41,954 nt of DNA from a virus (Duplodnaviria; Caudoviricetes), in IMG/VR virus record IMGVR_UViG_3300037483_001211, positions 1 through 41,954 of that record; one strand, written 5' to 3'. The position numbers and the translations under genes are program-made. Below the pieces are notes generated by a model. It was given only the letters and a program-made list of their open reading frames with translations. It did not search any database and was not told the DNA's origin. Position 1 is the first letter of the stretch; the number at the start of each line of letters is the position of its first letter. Below, one piece after another: positions 36,175 through 41,954 of this stretch.

Positions 36175-36548
36175 CGGTCAACCCTCAGTCGCCCGGCAAA
36201 ATCGGTCGGCAAAGCATTCACCTGCTCAGAATTCAACCGGCCCCGCTCCACGTGAAAACGCTCCAGGATCTCGCCGCCGTAGCGCATCGCCAGCTTCTCC
36301 AGCTCCGACGCCGTGGCATAGCCGCCCATCGGAATCCGGCACCCCAGGCTGCCATCCAGCGATACGTTGCGGATATCGATCAGCCCCTTGCGCCGGTCCG
36401 CCTCCACCAGCCAGTCGTGGCCCGGATAGTGACGCATCAGCACCTGCGCAACCAGCACGCAGATCTGCTGGTCAAGCGGATCGACGATCATAAACGGGTC
36501 GAACTCGCACGCCAGCCTCGGTTGATCCTCCCTGCAAACCACACTCAT
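36171..36548 (-). CDS. Hypothetical phage protein
   Basis: GAGGT SD before MSVVCRE; HYPGHDWLV..GGEILERF motif; ATGA overlaps at both ends. Confidence 0.7.
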   Translation of the reverse strand: MSVVCREDQPRLACEFDPFMIVDPLDQQICVLVAQVLMRHYPGHDWLVEADRRKGLIDIRNVSLDGSLGCRIPMGGYATASELEKLAMRYGGEILERFHVERGRLNSEQVNALPTDFAGRLRVDR

Positions 36549-36805
36549 ACCGTGCACCTCTCGATCAGTCGGAAATTCCCCTTGGGCATCGCCGGATACC
36601 GCCAGCACAGCGGATAACCCACAATGGTCCGGCCCGTCGGCAATTCCCCGATCCGGACCTTCTGCGCGGTCGTGTAAACGTCGAACCGGGTCCCCGCAGG
36701 CAGCACCTCGGCGGCGAATTCCTTCACATACGGCACCATTGCCGCCCGCGGTTCCCCGTCGCAGGCAAAAAAGTTGCCGTACACATGGCCAGGATTAAAC
36801 CCCAT
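36545..36805 (-). CDS. Hypothetical protein
   Basis: GGAGGT SD; TGATG coupling with the upstream ORF. Confidence 0.6.
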   Translation of the reverse strand: MGFNPGHVYGNFFACDGEPRAAMVPYVKEFAAEVLPAGTRFDVYTTAQKVRIGELPTGRTIVGYPLCWRYPAMPKGNFRLIERCTV

Positions 36806-36936
36806 CACTCCACCTCCGGTTCCGTTTCCCGCGTCACCAGCCGGTTCTTTTCGGGCCGCGACAGCCACAGCCACTGCTTGAACGAATAGATCGCCTTGAT
36901 GCTCTCCGGCAACCGCTCGTATTCCGGGCACGACAT
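36805..36936 (-). CDS. Small hypothetical protein (43 aa, MSCPEYERLPESIKAIYSFKQWLWLSRPEKNRLVTRETEPEVE)
   Basis: Hand-translated; fills the gap; coupled to the next gene. Confidence 0.6.
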   Translation of the reverse strand: MSCPEYERLPESIKAIYSFKQWLWLSRPEKNRLVTRETEPEVE

Positions 36937-36945
36937 CTCCATCCT

Positions 36946-37098
36946 TTAGGCCTCCGGCTCGTAAGCCCCGGCGCCCTGGTCGAACCGCCGACCATTGCTG
37001 AAACGATAGGCCGTCTTATCCTCCGGCCGGTCGTCCGCCTCCGCGACGATCTCCGAAAACTGCTTATGCGAAATAGAAACCTTTTCAGACGGCTGCAT
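36946..37098 (-). CDS. Small hypothetical protein (50 aa)
   Basis: SD GGAGGT within the end of terL; ATG 1 nt after the terL stop. Confidence 0.6.
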   Translation of the reverse strand: MQPSEKVSISHKQFSEIVAEADDRPEDKTAYRFSNGRRFDQGAGAYEPEA

Positions 37099-37099
37099 G

Positions 37100-38620
37100 T
37101 CACTCCACCTCCGGTTCCAGCATCTGGTCATCGATGATCATTGGGATCTGGTAGTCCATATCGTAAATCCGGCTCACCGCGTCGATAAAATCATCCGGGA
37201 AACTCGGCGAGGGGAAATTCAGGTACTCGTTCAAAAACTTCGCGTTCAGGGCATAGGCGTTTTTCTCGTGGTCCAGCTGCCTGACCGGCCTCAATACCCG
37301 AAACTCCTCGCCCCGCCGGCGCATCTCGATCTGCGCCGCCGATTCCGCCGGCACCTTCGTGCCGTCCTCCAGCGTGCGGGTCACCACCGCGATCAGATAT
37401 AAACGCCCCTGCATGAAATCCGGCACCAGCCGCTGCACCCGGTCCGGCTTGCTCTGCTCGCTGTCCTGCGCCCAGTTCAACTCCTTGATCTCGAAATGGT
37501 CGCCGTCCAGCTCCATCTGCTCTTCGAAATAATCCAGGTCCGAGCGCATGCCGTAACGCTCATACCCGCAGAACACCCCCTGCACTCCCTGCATCCGCAT
37601 CCACTTGCGGCGCATGTTGCGCAGCGCCAGCCACCGCTCCCGCAGATTCATCTTGTGGCAGTAGCCGTCCAACAAATACTTATTGCGGGCCGCATCCACC
37701 CCGATCACCGCCACCGCCGTGTTGTCGCTCTTCTTGCGCTTACTGCTCGCCGGATCCACCATGATGTAGATGTTCAGCGTCGCCGGCCGGATCTCCGCGA
37801 ACCGCAGCCAGCCCTTCTGAAACATCCCGTCGATCCGCTTACGGACCTTCCAGTTGCCGTCCAGCAGCCGCTCGCGCTGTACCTGGTCAAGCGCCATCAG
37901 GTTGGCAATGTAGCCGGGGTCGGCTTCCATCAAAAGCCGGTTGTCCTGAATCGAAGCCGGGATGAACGTCACCGACTTCGGCATCACCGTGGCGCCGTAC
38001 TGCTCGACCAAGGACTCCGGCTTATCCGCCCAGGTCAACTTGTCGTTGACCCGGATGAACCAGCGCAGCACCCCCGAGCGCGCCGGGATCGGAAAGCCCG
38101 TCTCCTGGTTGATCCACCAGGCGATGAACTTCGCCACCCAACTGTCCGCGTCCGGGTTCGTTGTCGCCCGGACATACGGCCGAACCCCGCACAGGCTGCG
38201 GTTACGCGATAACATGTAAAAGAACTGCGACTCGCTGAAATGAGTCAGCTCATCGAAACCAATCAGCGGGATCTGCGATCCCTGCCAGTTCAGCACCGTA
38301 GTCTCATGCTCCAGGTGCCCGAACTTGACCGTACCCCCTTCAGGAAAAGACCACGCCAGCTGGTGAATCGTCGGCAGCCCGCCCGCCGAAGGATAGAGCT
38401 TCATGCTCTCATCCCATAAACCGCCCTGGTTTTTCACCTGCGTCGCATTGCGTCGAAAAATCACCGCTCCAAACTCGGAGTTCCTCGTCGCATGCCTCAA
38501 TGGTTCAAAGAGCAACGCCCAGCTTTTACCCCCGCCCGCCGCCCCGCCGTAAATCGCGATATCCGCCGGAGTGGAAAGAAAGACCTCCTGCGGACCCTCC
38601 TGCGGTCTAATCTCGGCCAT
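37100..38620 (-). CDS. terL: Terminase large subunit
   Basis: PQEGPQ, Walker A GGAAGGGKS, Walker B LIGFDELTHF, ATTNP, nuclease MVDPAS..D, DDFIDA. Confidence 0.95.
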   Translation of the reverse strand: MAEIRPQEGPQEVFLSTPADIAIYGGAAGGGKSWALLFEPLRHATRNSEFGAVIFRRNATQVKNQGGLWDESMKLYPSAGGLPTIHQLAWSFPEGGTVKFGHLEHETTVLNWQGSQIPLIGFDELTHFSESQFFYMLSRNRSLCGVRPYVRATTNPDADSWVAKFIAWWINQETGFPIPARSGVLRWFIRVNDKLTWADKPESLVEQYGATVMPKSVTFIPASIQDNRLLMEADPGYIANLMALDQVQRERLLDGNWKVRKRIDGMFQKGWLRFAEIRPATLNIYIMVDPASSKRKKSDNTAVAVIGVDAARNKYLLDGYCHKMNLRERWLALRNMRRKWMRMQGVQGVFCGYERYGMRSDLDYFEEQMELDGDHFEIKELNWAQDSEQSKPDRVQRLVPDFMQGRLYLIAVVTRTLEDGTKVPAESAAQIEMRRRGEEFRVLRPVRQLDHEKNAYALNAKFLNEYLNFPSPSFPDDFIDAVSRIYDMDYQIPMIIDDQMLEPEVE

Positions 38621-39212
38621 TGTGGGGAATGTAGATCTTGACCACGTTCTCCGTCTCGATCGGGCCGCCGTCCGGGCCGGAAATCTCCGTCTTGTCCTTG
38701 TGCAGCCCCATCATCCGCGCCAACTCCACCGCGCTCTGGTGCCGCGGCGGCACCTTGAACAACACAAACTCGTTGCCCTTGGCGTCCCGGCCGTGGTCAA
38801 ACTCCAGGATCGATGCCGCCTCCGGATCGAGGTTCTGCAGGCTCTTCGCCTGCCCGGTCAACTCGTCCAGAAACTCCGTGCGATCGATCTTCAGCACCTT
38901 GCCGTGGTAGAAGATCAGATCCTCCGCCGTTACCCGGTATCGCCGTCTCAACTCCGCCCGAATCTGCGTAATGCGTTGATTAACGTCAGGTTTTGTTAGG
39001 AGTTTCGACGCTTCAACCCGCGCCGTGCTCTCCTTCACGGTAGGCTTTACCGTCCGATACGCCCGCGCACCGTTTTCACCACGCAACACAAACTCCCAGC
39101 AGAATCGTTCGACTGCCGGCTTCAAGACAATGGCCTCATAGCCAAGATCTTCCGCCATCCCCGGCAGCACCGACTGCCCCGGCACACTATTTTCACGCTG
39201 AATCTCGCCCAT
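38607..39212 (-). CDS. terS: Terminase small subunit
   Basis: ERFC.EF..NGARAY..A.VEASKLLTKPDV..RI HTH region; K.EISGPDGGPI tail; overlaps terL. Confidence 0.85.
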   Translation of the reverse strand: MGEIQRENSVPGQSVLPGMAEDLGYEAIVLKPAVERFCWEFVLRGENGARAYRTVKPTVKESTARVEASKLLTKPDVNQRITQIRAELRRRYRVTAEDLIFYHGKVLKIDRTEFLDELTGQAKSLQNLDPEAASILEFDHGRDAKGNEFVLFKVPPRHQSAVELARMMGLHKDKTEISGPDGGPIETENVVKIYIPHNGRD

Positions 39213-39258
39213 GCTCCCGACCCTGCCGCAACATTCTCGGGAAAATCAAGCAAAAAAT

Positions 39259-39276
39259 TTCACTAAGATATTGAAC
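39259..39276. promoter_or_regulatory. 18-bp motif, copy 3 (TTCACTAAGATATTGAAC), upstream of terS
   Basis: Intergenic; one mismatch to copy 2. Confidence 0.6.
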
Positions 39277-39319
39277 GGCCCAGGCAAAAAGAAAGGCCGC
39301 GTCGCCGCAGCCTGTCTTT

Positions 39320-39511
39320 TCATCCCTTTTCACGATACTTCCTCGCGATCTCCTCCCCGGCCTCCCCGGCCTCGTGGCGCCCGCGCAACACTCCGCTCAG
39401 CCTGGCCACCAGCGGCGTCGTTCCGCCAGACACCGCCCACCGGCGTCGGCGCCTCGATCGCAACCGCCGCGCTTGCCTCCGCCGCAGCACCCGTGCCCGC
39501 TTCTCATCCAT
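39320..39511 (-). CDS. Small Arg-rich hypothetical protein
   Basis: AGGAG SD before MDEKRAR; composition is shadow-like, so uncertain. Confidence 0.3.
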   Translation of the reverse strand: MDEKRARVLRRRQARRLRSRRRRRWAVSGGTTPLVARLSGVLRGRHEAGEAGEEIARKYREKG

Positions 39512-39556
39512 CGCCAGATCTCCTTTCGCCCAGAATGCCACACCATGCCAAAACCT

Positions 39557-39748
39557 TCAACCACCCGCAAACCCCGCCGCCTGAAAACTCCTCCGGTTGA
39601 ACCGCCTCTTCCGTTTTAAATTGCCATGTATCGCCGCACAACTCTTGTCGCAGTACCGCCGCTTCGCGAAATTCTGGGATGTCTCCCCCGCTTTCCGCAT
39701 CAGCGGCTTCTCACACCCCACCCAGGCACACCTCCGTCCCCGATCCAT
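39557..39748 (-). CDS. Small Cys-containing (zinc-finger-like) protein
   Basis: CAWVGC...YCDKSC; GGAGG SD. Confidence 0.6.
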   Translation of the reverse strand: MDRGRRCAWVGCEKPLMRKAGETSQNFAKRRYCDKSCAAIHGNLKRKRRFNRRSFQAAGFAGG

Positions 39749-39775
39749 CGGCAAACCCTCCCTGAAAAGACCTCC

Positions 39776-40183
39776 TCATCGCAATCCCCTCTTGCCACCC
39801 GCCAGAGCCGGTCGACCCTGGTTCTCGTCCACGAAAAACCCCGTACCGAACCGGCTGTTCAGCGTCCTCGCCAGTTCCTCCAGCCGCCGCCGCGCCACCT
39901 CCGGCGGTTCCAGGTCCTCCAGCAACACCCGCTCCACCGGCGGCTCCAGCCTCGGGCCCAGGGGACGCGGAGCCATCCGCGCCAGCTCCAGCAATTCCGC
40001 CGCCTTCGGAAACCACTTCAGCCGTCGCCGGGCTTCCTTCGCCGCCCACTCCAGCGCCCATATCGGCTGATCAGCCAGGTCCTCGAAATAAAGCCCCATC
40101 CGCTGCGGCGTCACCGTCACGTCAAACGCCACGCCCAACGCGCCCATCACCGCCGCAAACCGCTGCTTATCCGCCACCGTCAT
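39776..40183 (-). CDS. Putative replicative helicase loader/inhibitor-like protein
   Basis: YFEDLAD....LEWA........KWFPKAAELLE pattern; ATGA-coupled to the initiator gene. Confidence 0.55.
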   Translation of the reverse strand: MTVADKQRFAAVMGALGVAFDVTVTPQRMGLYFEDLADQPIWALEWAAKEARRRLKWFPKAAELLELARMAPRPLGPRLEPPVERVLLEDLEPPEVARRRLEELARTLNSRFGTGFFVDENQGRPALAGGKRGLR

Positions 40184-41103
40184 CCGTCACCTCCCGCAAA
40201 TTCCCGCGCCGCCGCAAACGTCGCCTCCTGCCTCCGTTCCGACGCGCTCAACCCATCCCTTGGTCGCCTGCCCCTCGGCGGCGGATCCCGTTCCTGACCA
40301 TCCCTCAAAGCCGTCAGCCGCTCCACGATATTCCGCTGCCGGTACTTCACGATATCCCCGCCGTGCGCCTGGTAGACATCATCGATCCGGGCAGGAGGAA
40401 TGCCCTGCTGCAGGATCTCCCGCACCATCGCCAACGGCGGCAGGGTCGACAACCCGCAGGTCTGCAGATGCAACCGCTCGATGCGCTTCACTTCCCGCTC
40501 CATCTCCTCAGCCTGATCGGCATCAGGGGGGGGATCGCCCGCACGCGAGTCTCTACCACTACCCCCCCCAACGAAGGTAGTAGGGTTTTGATCTTCTTCT
40601 TCTCTTCTAACCTTCAAACCTTCCGCGCGCGAAGGGCGCTCCCGGACTACTCCCGGACTACTCCCGGAGTTCTCCGGGAGTTCAGAAACAACCTCATAAA
40701 TCTCGGCAACATCCCCGATTTCCGGCGCTTCTTCCCCGGCCTCCTCCATCTCCGGCCACGAAGGCAACTCGTCGGCGCCCATCTTCTCCCTACGCAGGTC
40801 CTGGTGCTCCGAGAGAAAATGCAGCGCATGCAGATACCATTTGGTGCCACAGCGAAACCACTTCACGTTCGTCTTATCAGAAATTTCCTGCAGATACTGC
40901 GGCAGATTGTCGTAGGTGAGATAGGGGATCAGCGGGACAATCTCGTCCTTGACCACCCCGGGGCCGCCCGGCATCTTGCCGTGGGCGTTGAAATGCGGGA
41001 TCATCATCGCGAACAGCACCGCCGCCTCCGGCGACAGACTGGCAAACCCTTCCGATTCTGAAATGCTCCTGCGGATCATCCGTCCGCTCGCCTTCGGTGC
41101 CAT
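40180..41103 (-). CDS. Putative phage replication initiator
   Basis: N-terminal RMIRRSISES..F.SLS..A.VLF..MIPH...G wHTH-like region; internal iteron-like repeats. Confidence 0.65.
   Translation of the reverse strand: MAPKASGRMIRRSISESEGFASLSPEAAVLFAMMIPHFNAHGKMPGGPGVVKDEIVPLIPYLTYDNLPQYLQEISDKTNVKWFRCGTKWYLHALHFLSEHQDLRREKMGADELPSWPEMEEAGEEAPEIGDVAEIYEVVSELPENSGSSPGVVRERPSRAEGLKVRREEEDQNPTTFVGGGSGRDSRAGDPPPDADQAEEMEREVKRIERLHLQTCGLSTLPPLAMVREILQQGIPPARIDDVYQAHGGDIVKYRQRNIVERLTALRDGQERDPPPRGRRPRDGLSASERRQEATFAAAREFAGGDG
40639..40680. repeat. Iteron-like repeats (candidate phage origin)
   Basis: CTCCCGGACTA x2, then CTCCCGGA and an inverted TCCGGGAG, next to a pyrimidine-rich tract. Confidence 0.55.
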
Positions 41104-41121
41104 TTAAAACCATCCCGTCAG

Positions 41122-41436
41122 TTAATCAAAACGACCACAGCGAACAAACGCCTTGCGCACCATCTCCAGCGCCCGAGACCACCCCATGCGCCCCAGCGGA
41201 CGCCCATCCACACTCACCTCATAGCAATCGATCCGGCTGCAGCGGGCCATTACAAAAACATGCCTCACCACCTCGCCACAATCATAATCCTCCACCACCA
41301 CCTGCCGACGAATCAAAGGCAGCTCCGGAGAATACCGCAGAGGCTCCCCCGCCAGGCGCTTACGTTCCTTGGCCGCCCTGGCTCTGGCCATGCGCTCGTT
41401 GAATTTCCGGCTGCCTTTCTTTCTTTTCCGGTACAT
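41122..41436 (-). CDS. Hypothetical basic protein
   Basis: 104-aa ORF co-oriented with its neighbours and filling the gap. Confidence 0.6.
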   Translation of the reverse strand: MYRKRKKGSRKFNERMARARAAKERKRLAGEPLRYSPELPLIRRQVVVEDYDCGEVVRHVFVMARCSRIDCYEVSVDGRPLGRMGWSRALEMVRKAFVRCGRFD

Positions 41437-41467
41437 GGCTACCTTGCACGGTCTGGTTAATCAATGG

Positions 41468-41836
41468 TTAGGCATTCCACGAGCGTTCCGAATCCGCGTC
41501 CCATCGGCAGTAATCAAGAAAAGAACGAAACCCGTCTCCGTACTCCAAAAATCGTTGGTATCGTTGTTTACTGCGAGACACCTTCGGTGGTCGCGGACTC
41601 TCTATCGCCACAGCATCAACGCCACTTGGCGTCACAGTGAAAACGTGCATCTCGCCAGAGACTGCCCTTGGCCCGTGGTCAATCATCAACCCCATGCCAG
41701 CCAGCGCCTGACAAGCGTCAAAATCCTTTCCCCCTGGCCCTGTTGCAAAATGATTCCGGTATTGTTCGCCCTGGCCGTAATGATCAACACCAAGGGAGTG
41801 CTGCAAAATATGCAAAAATTTTGGATCCACGTTCAC
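41468..41836 (-). CDS. Conserved phage hypothetical protein
   Basis: GAGGAGG SD (GTG start at 41836 or 41830); LHILQHSLG.D.YG.G..YRNHF motif. Confidence 0.75.
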   Translation of the reverse strand: MNVDPKFLHILQHSLGVDHYGQGEQYRNHFATGPGGKDFDACQALAGMGLMIDHGPRAVSGEMHVFTVTPSGVDAVAIESPRPPKVSRSKQRYQRFLEYGDGFRSFLDYCRWDADSERSWNA

Positions 41837-41856
41837 CTCCTCAAAAATAATGCCTA

Positions 41857-41925
41857 ATCGGGATAGGGAGCCGCTCTAGCGGCCCCCTCCCACGGCACCG
41901 GACATACGGGTCCGTATCCGGCGCC
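41857..41925 (-). ncRNA. Group II (IIC-type) intron 3' end: domains V and VI
   Basis: DV GGCGCCGGATACGGACCCGTATGTCCGGTGCC (CGC triad, short stem, 2-nt bulge); DVI GGGAGGGGGCCGC-taga-GCGGCTCCCTATCCC with bulged A; ends in CGAT. The rest lies outside the window. Confidence 0.8.
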
Positions 41926-41954
41926 TAGCCTGCTATTCGCAGAGATACTTCATC

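Larger units (their letters stand above)
866..41954 (-). mobile_element. Prophage (podovirus-like, DGR-carrying), probably integrated at the tRNA-Ala 3' end; extends beyond the window
   Basis: Contiguous minus-strand lysis, ejection, tail, head, terminase and replication genes begin right after the tRNA. No tape measure or sheath gene is recognisable. The left boundary is inferred. Confidence 0.9.

Noticed and set aside
26789-38212. Plus-strand ORFs across the structural module (for example 26789-28315, 35221-36255, 37496-38212)
   Set aside because: Antisense to well-supported nozzle, portal and terminase genes
41121-41464. 9-bp direct repeat GTTAATCAA flanking the 104-aa gene (41121 and 41456)
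   Set aside because: Too short to support a target-site duplication on its own; no transposase or terminal repeats

Overview
GC-rich bacterial chromosome segment. About 0.9 kb of host sequence (cupin gene, sigma70 promoter, tRNA-Ala(GGC), terminator) is followed by about 41 kb of a temperate podovirus-like prophage apparently integrated at the tRNA 3' end; no integrase or second att site is visible. All phage genes are on the minus strand. In transcription order they are: early/replication genes, terminases, portal, scaffold, major capsid, a methyltransferase-GT9 glycosyltransferase fusion, adaptor/nozzle/tail genes, a complete diversity-generating retroelement (target-VR-hairpin, avd, TR, RT; 14/14 TR-VR mismatches at TR adenines), ejection proteins, a 4388-aa polyvalent protein, and a lysis cassette. 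The most novel-looking signal is four small ORFs overprinted in the +1 frame of the linkers of the giant gene. Each has a strong Shine-Dalgarno, two have internal sigma70-like promoter elements, and two are paralogous. Other signals are an 18-bp motif in front of three late modules and a group IIC intron 3' end abutting an integron-cassette-like gene at the right edge. All family calls come from motif recognition by eye; no searches were run.
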